Of a stretch of DNA of 64,000 nt, positions 1 through 12,800 are shown one piece after another (the stretch's first letter is position 1; every line of letters starts with the position of its first letter). A program made the translations under genes and the position numbers. The DNA lies in the NCBI GenBank assembly GCA_973895155.1, contig OZ316891.1, positions 20,844,169-20,908,168 on the forward strand, given 5' to 3'. Source of the DNA: Marsupella aquatica (taxonomy: Eukaryota > Plantae > Marchantiophyta). The notes beneath the pieces were generated by a model. It saw only the letters and a list, made by a program, of their open reading frames with translations, made no database searches and was not told the origin of the DNA.

Positions 1-80
1 ATACACATTAATTACGGTGACAGCTTTCAAAAACCTTTGTTCCCAAATACTGTGTGTGAGATTAATTAAGGTAATCAGTG
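1..80. mobile_element. Right end of a CACTG-terminated non-autonomous DNA element (second copy of 28647-29123)
   Basis: Positions 3-82 are nearly identical to about 29046-29125 and end in ...gtaatCAGTG followed by TA. The left part lies outside the window. Confidence 0.8.
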
Positions 81-515
81 TAGATGATGAATCTGTAAGG
101 GAGCAACCTGGGGTGGGGTCTAGGGGAGGGCATGTGTTTGCTCAATGGGCACGCACAGTTTTGGAGAGGGGGTATTGCTATCTCCACGCCCATCCAGGTC
201 TAAAGGGGGGAGTTACTTTTTGCCCAACTCTTTCTTTTCGCGTTTTAGAGGAACGCACATTGGAAATTTGTCTATGTGTCTTGGGCATTAATGGAGCTTT
301 ACAAGAAATATTGGACTACAGCCATAATTTCCCAGGACAAAATGAGTGGGCCAGTTTTAGTTTAAATGTAGGCTTCCAGTACAAACCGATTGGCCCATGT
401 TGGGAGCGGAATCAATGCCAATCAAGAGACCGAGCTGCAAACCAAGAGACCGGGCAACCAAACCTTTAGACCACCTCTCACGGTGGCCCGGTGGTCTAAA
501 CTTTGGCTAACAAAA

Positions 516-658
516 ACCGCGTGTTAAATTTACGTCAACCGTACAACCAGAACATAAACCAATACACTATATTTCTGATTTATAAACCAAATGATTTGAA
601 CAACATGTGTCTTGGTTTATGTTCTGGTTGTACGGTTGACGTAGATTTAACGCGCGGT
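516..658. mobile_element. 143-bp Mutator-like MITE
   Basis: About 47-bp TIRs (accgcgtgttaaatttacgtcaaccgtacaaccagaacataaaccaa / ttggtttatgttctggttgtacggttgacgtagatttaacgcgcggt). Perfect 9-bp TSD CTAACAAAA at 507-515 and 659-667. Confidence 0.9.
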
Positions 659-936
659 CTAACAAAACAGTTTCCACATTTATACTCATAGGGACCCACA
701 GAGTGCCATGTATGCTTGGGCAAACTTGAGCTTAATAAGTTGCCAAAAATTGTCTACAGTCAAGAAAGACCCATCACACTAAGCTAACAGCTGGAATGAA
801 ATCTCAGTTTAGAAAAGGAAGAAAGTGTCAATGTGACCATTCTTGTAAAGCCCCTCGTTGAGCCATCAAAAACCCATGTCTTATAGTTAAGGTAGAGGAG
901 ATTCAACAAGGTAGCCCAAGTCATGATCCAGGTTTT

Positions 937-1227
937 TTTTGCCTTGAATATTGAAAGCTGACCCAGCCAACAGAGGATAGAGCATCAACTCCAGAGCATG
1001 CACCTCTGAAGGGTAGCCCACAAGGGGGTCCATACCCCGTACCAGGAGGAGAGAGTGTTGGACCAGAGCCCCAAAGTAGCAACTAGGGGCTGGGAAGAAA
1101 CCAGGACGATCACCACTGCACCGCACCCACAAACACACTCACCCTCCACAACCCTTGCATGTGAAAGGGGGATTGAACCTGGGGCCTCTGGGTTTTGGGC
1201 TCATCCCCTGGCCAACTGACCAACAGC
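937..1227 (-). mobile_element. tRNA-derived SINE
   Basis: The minus strand begins with an A-box-like TGGTCAGTTGG and a B-box GGTTCAATCC at tRNA-like spacing and ends in an A8 tail. Flanked by the near-direct repeat atcca(g/a)gtttt at 926-936 and 1228-1238. Confidence 0.65.
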
Positions 1228-1641
1228 ATCCAAGTTTTGGGTTCTGTGTTATAAGAACATAGTGATTTCATGGAAGGAAACGCTCAAGGAAACAAAGTGG
1301 GATTATATGGAAAACCTTTCCTTATCCTTATGGAGAACAGTGGGTTCTGTGTTGTAGGAAACCATGGAAGGAAACTAATGTGGAATTATATTTGTAACCT
1401 CCCCTCGTGAAGAACAACAGCGGAAGCATCTTTGTCCGTTGCAAAAATAATGGCCTCAAAAGTATCCATGGCTTGTCCTCTCCATAGTCTAGTCCATAAA
1501 ACAATTGGAGGAACCCAGACCAGTAGACCACCGACTTGAACTGTAGATTGCAATGAGGGTATCGTGAGGAAGACAGGAAAACTATTACCAAAGACTCTTT
1601 TGGAGTTATGAGAGATCTCCTGCAACAGGGATCTTGTCTCT

Positions 1642-1873
1642 TGGTTTGGGGCTTTATGTAATTTGGCAGTCTGCTAATTGTTGTGAGGAGTCAAGTCAAT
1701 GCTTTATTGTCTTTGAGGTGAGGACAAATAGAAACAAGGTACTGGTTTGGGGCTTTATGTAATTTGGCAGTCTGCTAAATTTTGTGAAGAGTCAAGATAA
1801 TGCTAAATGTTGTGAAGAGTCAAGATAATGCTTTTTTTTCTTTGAGGTGAGGACAAATAGACACAAGGTACTC
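1642..1873. repeat. About 100-bp tandem duplication with an internal sub-duplication
   Basis: tggtttggggctttatgtaatttggcagtctgctaa...gaggacaaatag(a)aacaaggtact occurs twice in tandem. Confidence 0.8.
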
Positions 1874-3648
1874 AGAGTAATAAATGAGCTGTCATACTGT
1901 TACATTCCAAGCTTTTAGGAATATGCCGTGTTGGACTTTGGCCGTGTATTCACCCAACGTCACATTAAAAGGTTAGCTTCACAAGGTTTTTGTTGTCTTT
2001 GACTAAATTTTCTCGCAGAATTTTTGCAAGCTACAGAAGTTGAGAGTGTGGCATCCACACAGGCAGGACTCTAAAGGTTTGTGGACCGTTGATGGCCCCG
2101 AAAATAATAGGCAGAACTCTATTGTCCAGGTGGTCCCCTCTATATTAACCGTGTACCCACTAATAGACAGCCCTCTGAAGTTATGTTGACCATTCGATGA
2201 TTTCGATGCCTCAAAATCATAGGCAGGACTCTATTGCCTAGGTGTTCCCCTCTATTCTTACAGGGTGGCCTCCAAATGAGCACGAGTTTTTGGTATGTCG
2301 TGCTGGACTTTGCCTGCAATTCACCCGGTCTTGCATGAATTCAAAGGTTGCCCCACAAGCTTTCTATTTTTCTTGACACTGGACTTTCCACAGTGTTTCT
2401 GCAAAGCTATACTACCATAGTGCCATCTCGGTTTGTGCTGGAGTGCAAAAGATATTATCGGTTTTTTATTCCAAGAAATAACCCAAGACCAGATTACTCT
2501 GTCTCCTGTTTTTGTTTTTGTTGAAAAAATATTACATACAAGGAAAACCCAGTGTTTACAACAAAGCGCTTACATGTTCTTAAAAATTTCATCAATTATT
2601 TTTTTCATGGTTCACAAAAACGTCGTGTCCTGCCAAAATTTATAATCATATATGGTTTGCATGAACTGGGATGGCTCTAGGTAGTTGAGAAGGTAGCTTG
2701 CAATTGAGAGGCCTCTAAGGTTTTTTGGACCAGTCAAGGTCCAAAAATAATATGCAGGACTCTATTGTCCTGGCAGCCCCCTCTATTTTTACCGTATGAC
2801 CTCCAAATTAGCGCCAGTTTGTGCTCAGCATGCACAAACGCGTACACAGTAACGTTGACCCAATTAAGAGTGTTCTTCTCACGGACCAAATGCGCATGCC
2901 CTGACTTGAGAGGCTGCCAGTTTGTTACTGGTTGGAGCGATGGTATATTATATTATGTGTTGTTATAAATAAACTTATAGTATAATATACCAAAAGCAAT
3001 GATATTATTGTGCCATTTCTATGTTGTTAGCTACAGTAGTACGCCCTGTGGAATGTGGGCCCTAATTTTGAGGAGTGTAAGCAGCTTTTCAGCCCAACGG
3101 GAAGTTTGGCTGGACATGTACTATGGATTGGGCTCAGAAACCTTTGCCATGTCCTAATGAGGGCCTATGGTAGGATAATAAATAATATCTCTGGGTTGGC
3201 CCCTTGGACCGCACCCATGCAAGCCCACTTTCAGGTACTGATCACTGTGACGTGCTGTATTTTACAGTGGAGGCAAAAGGCATTCAGCACTGTTTATTTA
3301 TTGGCAAGGGAAGGACTTTGGCAAGCAATCATGTCATTATTCTCGGAGAGTGGACCAGGAGTCGTCTTCTTGTCGACTAGACTATTGAATTTAGGTGAAT
3401 GGTTCCCCCAAAACTCATTGATTATAATCTCTTGGGTCCCACTCTTATGGGTTATTCCACCTTTTCAGAGTGTGAAGTCTTTTTAATGCAGAGAACTTTG
3501 ATGAACCCCATTTTGCAATCAGGATTTGTGCAAAAGCAGGTCTACTTATTCACTTTGAATTCAAGAACCTTCCTGTTTTCCACCAACCCAATTCTTGATC
3601 ATAAGAGAATGATCTCCAATTTTTCCAAGTGCTTAGAGCTTTAGTGAA

Positions 3649-5045
3649 ACCGCGCGTTAAATCTACACTGTGTTAATGCTCCCCAATTTTCCTGGGCCCC
3701 CGTACACTGCCCGTCCCGATCCCCGATGCTGCTGCCCGTTCCGGCCCGAGTGTGGCAAAACATAAACCAATACTCTACCATTTTGTCAGGCGCTCCGGCC
3801 CGATCAGTTTTGCGCCATCGACTTTCGGTTTATGTTTTGGCACCCTTCACTTTTTGTAGCCTGATCCACTCGATTGACCTTGTGCATGTCAGGACCTTGT
3901 GCATGCCAGGACCTTGTGCCTTCAACTTTTTGGAAAAAAGTGTTGCCAAAACATAAACCGTCCACAACTCCATAGAGAATTTAAGTATATGGCACAACAT
4001 AAACCAAGACTCTATCAACTATGAGTCTGAACCAAAGTGCTAGGCTCCACTTAACACTTAGACTCTATTCAAAAATAGGCATGACTCCATTGGAAAGAAG
4101 TGTTACCAGAACATAAACCATAACTCCATAGAGAATAAGTATATGGCACAACGTAAACCAAGACTCTATCAACTATGAGTCTCAACCAAAGTGCTAGGCT
4201 CCCCTTAACACTTAGACTCTATTCAAAAATAGGCATGACTCCATTGGAAAGAAGTGTTACCAGAACATAAACCATAACTCCATAGAGAATAAGTATATGG
4301 CACAACGTAAACCAAGACTCTATCAACCATGAGTATGAACCAAAGAGTTAGGCTCCCCTTAACACTTAGACTCTATTACGAAATAGACATGGCTCCATTG
4401 GAAAGTAGTGTTGCGAGAACATAAACCATAACTCCATAGAGAATAAGTATGTGGCACAACGTAAACAAAGACTCTGTCAACCATGAGTCTCAACCAAAGT
4501 GTTAGGCTCCCCTTAACACTTAGACTCTATTACGAAATAGGCATGACTCCATTGGAAAAAAGTGTTGCCAGAACATAAACCATAACTCCATAGAGAATAA
4601 GTATGTGGCACAACGTAAACAAAGACTCTGTCAACCATGAGTCTCAACCAAAGTGTTAGGCTCCCCTTAACACTTAGACTCTATTACGAAATAGGCATGA
4701 CTCCATTGGAAAAAAGTGTTGCCAGAACATAAACCATAACTCCATTGAGAAGAAGCATTTGGCAAAACGTCAACCAAGGCTCTATCAATCATGCCTCTTA
4801 ACCAAAACACTAGGCTCTTAAAACATAACATCAGGCAACAAAAAGTGAAGGGGGCAAAACATAAACCCAAAGTCGATAGCGCAAAATTGATCGGGCCGGA
4901 GCGCATGACAAAATGGTAGAGTATTGGTTTATGTTTTGCCACACTCGGGCTGGAACGGGCAGCAGCATCGGGGACTGGGATGGGCAGTGTACGGGGGCCC
5001 AGGAAAATAGGGGAGCATTAACGCAGTGTAGATTTAACGCGCGGT
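3649..5045. mobile_element. Non-autonomous Mutator-like (MULE/foldback) element with about 210-bp TIRs
   Basis: 3649-3857 is the reverse complement of about 4838-5045. Perfect 9-bp TSD TTTAGTGAA at 3640-3648 and 5046-5054. Shares the ACCGCGCGTTAAATCTAC terminus with the MITE at 516-658. No transposase ORF. Confidence 0.92.
3930..4820. repeat. 154-bp tandem array (about 5.5-6 units) inside the MULE
   Basis: aacataaaccataactccat recurs at 4110, 4264, 4418, 4572 and 4726 (period 154), with a variant unit near 3950. Confidence 0.95.
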
Positions 5046-7176
5046 TTTAGTGAATCCCAGTTTGGAATGAAGGTTTGTGCAGAATTTGTAAACTTATGAA
5101 ACTTGAACTTGGAAACTCACTTTGTCAACTTAGGAAGCTTGAACTTGGAAATTCACTTGCTGCAATAAAGATTGCTTCTGCTGGGCTATGCTTGCTTGGT
5201 CTAATGCCTGACAAAATCAACACTTTTGAGTGAATCGGTGCATCATGTCTTCACCTTCTGTGTGCAGTGCATGAATGAGAGGGCCTAATGGGCAACAATG
5301 ATTGAATGCTCCTCAACAACAGTACTACACCTTTGGTTTCATCAGATTCTCTCATGGTTTGTCAACTGAAATCAGAGAATTCTCAATACTAAAATTGAGC
5401 ATCATTTGGCAAAATAAACAACAAATTGTTAATCTTTCATTGTAGAGTTTGTTCTCATTGACGTAAAATCCTGAATGCCAAAACAAACATCATTCGTCCG
5501 TCAAAGCAAAGAAAAACAAAGAATTGTTAATCCTTTCGGTGTAAAGTTTAGTTTCTCTCACATTGACCTGAGCTTTTCATTGTAAGAGACTCGTAGACTC
5601 ATTTCCGAATCACAGGATTTACAGAGGTTAACCCATTCTGATACAGTACTCGAAATTTGACAAAAAGGTACGGCCCTTGATATCGGATCCTCTGCTTTCT
5701 GCCGATTGCTATGACTTTTCGCAAAATTGCAGAAAAGCAAAGAAAATTTATGCTGATGCAAAAGCTCGGTTACGTCGTGGACTCGGGGATTTCACAGTTT
5801 GAGATTTACGTAACAATGGTGTTAACGGTAAAGATTCGTCCTATTCACAAATGACCGAGAAACTAGTCGTCAACGAAGACAGACATGCAGGAGGATACTG
5901 TAGTGTTCGTGTGTGCCGTCAATTCCTGATTAGTTTTGGGTTCTTTGAAATCGTAAAAAGCAGAAGAACGCCATTGCCACCTTACTGACAAACGTGAATT
6001 CCTTAGTTGGACGCCCAAAAGCCTGTCGTCAGAACTCAGATGCTTGCACGAAAAGAGAAAAACAGTGGTAAACAGAGAGATTGGGCACACTGGAAAACCA
6101 TCTGCAGTTGGCCTGCCTGCCTGCCTGCCTGCAAGCTCGCTGAATGAAATTCTCGGAGGCTGCTGTTGTTTCAAAGAGTCGGTGGTGAAGGAGAAGATCA
6201 ATGGCCCGGATGAGTGGGAAATGCCCACTTTAACCAGACTTCAAAGACAAACTGATAGTTCATGGGGATGATGCTATAGCAAACTACGCCTGGAGCGAGG
6301 TGTAAAACTTACTGATAAGATAAGAGAGGACTGGCGGAAGACTCGTCGAAACAGCTGGCCGTTTATTCTCTCTCATGGTCACGCACACACAAAGACAGCT
6401 ATGCTCAGATGCTCTGCTCTGCTCTGCTCTGCTCTGAGCTCTGGCTTTCAGGATGTCTCCTCAGTGGAGCAGCTTGGAGACAGGAGGATCGAGGCGGATC
6501 AGAAATGGGTGCAATCCAGATGATGCACGAAATATACTACTCTATTCCTACTACTATCACTACTACTATCACTACTACTACAGTGCTTCCCCTGTCACGG
6601 CTCGTGAGCGAACCCATCGGTCTTTCCCAACGCCCAGCTCGTCTGCAGCAGTGGTGACATCGCTCCTCTCATCAGCTGATGATCAGCAGTAGCAGTAGCA
6701 TCAGCTGCTGTACATGGACAGACAGGTACCAACGGGTTCCTGCTTGTTTGCTGGCTGGCTGGCACCCACGAGAATCGAGCTCCATGCGCGCTCATTTTCC
6801 ATCATCGTCGTAGTCTTTCATGAATCTGGCCTTTCCTTCATCGTTTTGTTCAGTGGCGAAAATTTACTACAGTAGATTCCACCTCTCTAGAATGTCCTGC
6901 ATTCCACACCTCTCTGAAACGTTTGGGCCACTTTTGGCGAAAATTGGCAAGGTCTTTTGCCCCGTTTGAAGTGATGGACAAGTTAGTAGTGTTGTTGGAC
7001 CCACGAAACTTATCATTTGTCGGCTCCAAAAGGGGTCATTTGTTGCATGTTCATCTATATTCTCCGACCTGCCCCGAACTTTCCCAACTCTCTCCCAGCC
7101 TGGTCCCGAACTTTCCTGGCCCCTCTCGGCCCAGTCCCGGACTCCCCCAGTTTAGTGAGCCGGCTCCCCGGTTCAG

Positions 7177-7270
7177 GGTCGGGGTCGGGGTGGGGTAAGG
7201 TCGGGGTTGGGTCGGGGTGGGGTGTGGGCCGGCCGGGGCTGGGGCTGGGGCTCAGGGTTGGGGCCGGGAC
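7177..7270 (+). other. Dense G-tract cluster (potential G-quadruplex)
   Basis: More than 10 runs of GGG/GGGG with short loops, preceded by a C-rich block at about 7065-7170. Confidence 0.55.
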
Positions 7271-9477
7271 TACCGGGTGTGTCATTTGTCATTTGTTGGG
7301 GTCCAGACCCCTTATTTGTTGGACAAGTCCAAACCGGGGTCTTTTGTCTTCCATTTCACATTAGCCAGCTCACACGTAGTCATGAATCTCTCATTTCACT
7401 GACCCCCAACGCTTTGTCCTCCCAGTGCCCCTGGGATTGAATTTATTTAAATTTAAATTGGCCCTGAGACTTGAAGCTGGTTTAGGGTTTCACTGTCCTT
7501 AAGACGACTAGAGCTCTTAGATAGAAAATCTTCCACAGTCATAATCAGTGAACAAAGAGGGCCTCCTTTTCATGTGGCCTTGCTGAAACTAACTATTCTC
7601 TTATGCCCCTGTTGTTCACTTTTTTTTTGTTTCAGGGGAAACCCCACCACCAGCACACCCCAAAGTAATAAATAGACTCAAAAGAGGGGGGGGGGGAGGG
7701 GGCAACTAAATATTATACTAACTGAAAGAAAGCAGCAAGGGCTAGATTGGCAAATCGCCCAAAACAACAAGCTTGAAGCAGGCCCCAAACGAGCAACCTA
7801 AAACTGCAGGAGGTTTCTCAAGACGGTTTTCTCAACAATCCACGCAGGCACTACAAAAGTTTTGCAAAACAGTCAAAAGAGCAAAATGCCCACAAAAGTC
7901 TCTTAATTATGTGCCACTTTCTTTTCAGAGCAAATTATACAGTTTGACTTTCTCCAAGGTTCATTGCTAGGTTCTCAAGATTGTACTCTACAGTGGAAAA
8001 AATGTGTCCGATGAGGATTGGGGCTGAGTTTCATTTGACCATGATTGCTATTGACAATACACAAACAAAAATAAAATTGTCAAATGGTAGTTACCTCTTA
8101 CATAACCAAACCCAGTAACCTTCGGAGATTCTCTAAACCCTAGCTTGAGCCAGAGCCATGCATGCAATCTTACCGGCAAATTGAGCAGCACATAGAAAAT
8201 ATATTGAGTGAACACGAAACACAACGGATAACAGTTAAGATTCCTTCAGAAGCACGTGCATTTTTGTAACATAGCTTGCCAAGGACAAACTTGTGATCTA
8301 ATAATACTCCCTTCTAGCCCTTCCCCATGTGCCTCCTCTTCATGTCAAAATGTTGGGGCAGGATATCCTTCAAGGTAGCTGTTGCGATGGGCCATTTGAG
8401 AACCTGGTAAAGCTGAGACTCTATTTGGGTAAAAGAATTGGAGGTCCCACAATGAACGTCTCTTTACACGGTCACACCCCAATAAAAGAAAATACAGGGA
8501 AGGCCCCACTTCTTCTCTTTTCTTTTCAAGGCCCCACATATTTGCAGTTCATGTAGATAGATAGCGTGTGATGGGGACCATTCTCCCATGTGAATCATAT
8601 TTAAATCTGTTTGGTGCCATCCACAGTGTAGATGCTGAGGACTTTGGGACTAGGACCAAGTCATCCCTGCTACACGGAAAAATAATTTTAATTTCCAAAA
8701 TTCTTCTTGAAGATTATAGGTGAGCCGTCAAAATATATTTTAGCACCATGTTTGGCACATTGATGTGGCACGGGTATTTGGGAGACCCGTAGAGTTTTGC
8801 TGCATGCAAGGGGGGAAAAAGCCATGGCATCCAGAATTCCTGCATCTGATTGGACGAATTTTTCTCTTTTTCCATGGCTTCCAGAATATATCCACCCATA
8901 AAACTAGTGAGATACTTTTGTGCAAAAAGTTTACAAAAGCATCTACACTTTTGGGTTGGACGAGAGTTCTTGACCAAACCATTGATGAGTTTGTTTGGTG
9001 AGTTTGGACCAGTACACGCATCTAACCATCTGCCCTTAGATTTAGACCAGAACATTTCTGGCCATAGATGTATATGTTATAATTTGTGATCAAAGTCTGC
9101 TGTTCATGTCCTACTTCAAACAGTGAAGTGCGCCCTAGATTGTAATTTTAAATTTTAGACCATCTTAGTCAGGGATGGGCATGCAACGAGCAAGTTTAAA
9201 AGTTGCATGTTCGAGTAAGACTTCCCTGGCTTTTTCTCAGAATACTAAATACCGTATTGTAAAACTAAGAGAGATATGACCACATTGAAGGCAAACTTTA
9301 GCCCTGGCACTTGTCAATTTGCAAAACAAATCTTATCTCCTTTTCTGAAATGGGAAGTTTCATGGACCTAGCTGGTGAACACTGCTACTCAAGTGGACCA
9401 TGACAATTTTTACACCTTCATTCATTCACACCCTTCATTTCCAAAAAATTTCATAAGCAAAGTTTGATCGTCAATAT

Positions 9478-9821
9478 TGTTAGATATTGTTCTAGTCTTG
9501 TGACTCATGAGCTAACCACAGTTAGGCTAACTCAGGTTAGGACTTAGCTAAAGTTAGCGGTAGTGCTATTGTGTATATAGCCAAGGCTGATACCAGACCC
9601 TGGTGGAACTTAGGCTCATTGTTACGGAGCTAGTTGAGAGATAGGGAGAGCTTGTGCTGTGGATGCTTGGTATGGTCGGCTGGCCTAGAGTGCAGTAAAA
9701 CTCTTGTGTGTTCCCGTGGACGTAGCCTCATGTGGAGGTGAACCACGTATCTATCTGTGTCGACTATTGTGCGTTGGATGGTTCATGGGCTTGCCGTTAC
9801 GAATGTCGTCTTTGCTCAACA
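9478..9821 (+). mobile_element. Solo LTR of the copia family at 37969-44678
   Basis: 344 bp, TG...CA termini, reverse complement of the LTRs of the full element. Flanks AATAT / AAAAT form a 5-bp TSD with one mismatch. No PBS or PPT adjacent. Confidence 0.9.
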
Positions 9822-12800
9822 AAAATCTCCCTTGATGTTGGATCAAGAATAAATGGTATTTCACAGAACAAACAATTTCAACATAATATTTGACATGGTG
9901 TAGCATCCCCAAGTAGTGTGCTGGGATAGTTGTTGCTCATCTTAAACCCCTTTAACTGCCTGTCAAGGACACTCTGAGACAATTGAACATAATAATGTTC
10001 TACAACTCAACTGCTCACCGCTTAGACGATGTTGGACTACTCTTGAATGCATTGCCACGGACACTAGTCTGAACAGGCTTCAGAGTGCTTGTTATTTAGG
10101 AAAATTGATATAGCTACTTGATCTCAAAAGTGCAGCATGCTTCCTCATTCTCATTCACAAGATGGTTAGTAGCATTTAGATTGAGATATGACAATGCACA
10201 TTTCAAGCTAATGCTACCTGGTTCATTCTACACCGCATTCTCCATGGAGGTATTGTATAGTGCAAGCAAACAGGAATTTTGTTAGCGAGAAGAGTGTTGT
10301 TAGCAAGACACTAATGGCTTTAAATTTCTTTTGTTTTTGCTGCCTTTTATATATTTTGTGTTTTTGTTTTTACTCGAGATGGCTAGTGAGTTCGCTAGCA
10401 AAAAGAGGAGTCACAAAAATGTATGTTATCAACCAGGTTGTTAGTGAGACGGTTGGGTATAGAAAAATTAGGGGTCATGTGAGCAAAATTTTTGCTCATG
10501 TAAGGATTTTTTTACTATTTCCTCGCACGCTACAATGACCCTTCTCCATGGAGTTGCTATCAAAATTAATGCTACTTTGCAGCAAATGATCAGCGTGCAA
10601 AAGGTCAGGAGCTTCGGATGAAACTTGGCAAAAATCACTGAGATGACACAGAGAGCCATATGCAAATTCATCCCACCAATAGTAGCACCCCTGCTGTTGG
10701 AGCTTAGCTATTGCCAGGCTTGGTGTCAACTACTAGGTAGGGCAAAAGGTAGAGAGGGTGGCTGTGGATATTCACATGCATTTAAGCAATTTTGCAGGGT
10801 AGTGGTACACTGCAGGCACACCGCTATGCATAGGAATTGCATTGTCGATGAACTGTCCCCCTTCTTTAGGATTAGATTTTGGTTTCATTACGGACCCCCA
10901 TTAGAGGTCCCTTGCAAATTCCCTGCCACGAGGTTGCACCACATCAGCACAACCAGCCACAAACAAGAAAGACCCTTTTTTTACAGTAACAAAAGCGCAC
11001 ATTCATGTTTGTGGCAAAGGCAACGTAATTTTGGGGGCACCATGCTATAAGTATTAAGTGTAAAAAAAACAGAATACAAAGGAAGAGATGCCATTTTTCA
11101 CTCTTAAAAATAAACCTATTAATTATTTTTTGAGTGTTTTTAAATTGTTTACTATGTAATTAGTTAAATAACTGCCTCTAAAATAACGTACAAGTAAGTA
11201 ATGGCTCATACCTGATCCTCTCTCTTTCGATGAGAGATACCAACGAGAGATGATTGTGAAGAGGGTATTGTCATTCTGTCACATTGCGTCAAAGAAACAG
11301 AGGAGTGATCTTCATCTGAGTTTTGAGTTTGAGTTTGAGTTGTAAGGGGAATTATGGTGGATACCGGATGATTGTATAACTTGCACACACTTAAAGAACC
11401 GTCACTGACTCAAGAAATGCAACATCAAAAAATTCCCACCTCCCTTTCTCAATGAAGAGATGTCACAATCACGTCACCGTCACAAACTTAGCCGCTGCAA
11501 ATTGATTTCTTTGATTACGTTACTATCGCTTGTCTGCAACGTTTCCTTCCTGGCTTGAATTGTTCACATCCCTCCAGGCTTCAACTGAAGCTCACTTTGA
11601 ACACCGGTTAACGCCAAATATAGCCTCTATGTAAAAAAAACAATCGCTAGTATCCCCCTCACACCATACCTTTCTTAAATAAAAAATTACAAAACCTTCA
11701 TGTGAGGTGATGGCTCGTCCATTTCGTGTGTTCTTCCCACCAAAATGACAAGCACTCTTCCGCCAACAACTGAGTGTTGTCCTCCGGTGTCTTGTGGCTG
11801 TAATGCTCAACATAATTCACAAACGATATATCAAGAATGGTAGAAACATGATTTTCTCCAATGTGTAAGCGAAAACCGTGAAAAAAACTCAATTACTCCA
11901 CATTCAATCTTCCGTTTGATAAACCAGAGAGATCATCTCAACTAGATTGATCTCCTCTATCTTTCAAACGTTCTCTTTTATACGAGCACACACCAAGACC
12001 ACCAGGAGACTCAAAATCATCGATTATCATATTACTGAAAATTGATTTCACTTCATCACACACACATTGCCTAGATGAACATCGGGTACACGAATTAATT
12101 TCATGTTTAATTTTACTTGGGTGGTTGACCCTGGTCCACTCTCACACTTAAGTTTGTTTGCTTTTGGGGGGTCCAATGAATTCTTGGCACTTGATTGAGG
12201 TGTGCCTTGGCCCTTGGGTGCATGGTGTTCTCTTACTCCTGGTGGTTTTTGCCCTGGTGATTATTTAAAATCCATGGACACACTTGTCACTTTCCCCCCA
12301 AAATTATAGAGATTAAAAACCCACAAACACCAGTTGATGTCATAGTGACGGCCTCTATGAAGTTGTAGCCACAAAAAGTCACGATGGCAGCACGGATGAT
12401 GATTAGAAAAGAGTCCCCGTTCAATGTGAATATACCTCAACAATGCACACTGTAGGAACTATACTTTATCTAAGAAGCATCTAATTGGCATATTTTCACC
12501 ACACGAAATTGATCTAAATTCACAACAGAACGGTCATATTAAATGAGGATGATGATGACAATAATGTACTCTTATTGTGCCTCGAAAACCCCACACAGAA
12601 TTCGATTGAGTTGAAGAGCATCTAGAAGAGATCATGTGCACTGACTTGGAAGGCCCCACAATTTGTCACTTTTCACGAGACTGCCAAGAACAAAATCCAT
12701 TGCATGACTACTATAGGCGAACGTAGCTTTATTAATTAGTATATAAACCTTGTGAATAAACAATGACATTCCTGGGTCGAAAACTTAAAACATGGCATCA

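Noticed and set aside
464-500. Short hairpin tttagaccacc...ggtggtctaaa
   Set aside because: Only an 11-bp stem, with no TSD or other support.
3930-4820. CRISPR-like regular array
   Set aside because: Whole 154-bp units repeat with no unique spacers, there are no cas genes, and the context is eukaryotic.
7017-7440. Gly/Pro-rich ORFs
   Set aside because: By-products of the G-tract low-complexity sequence.
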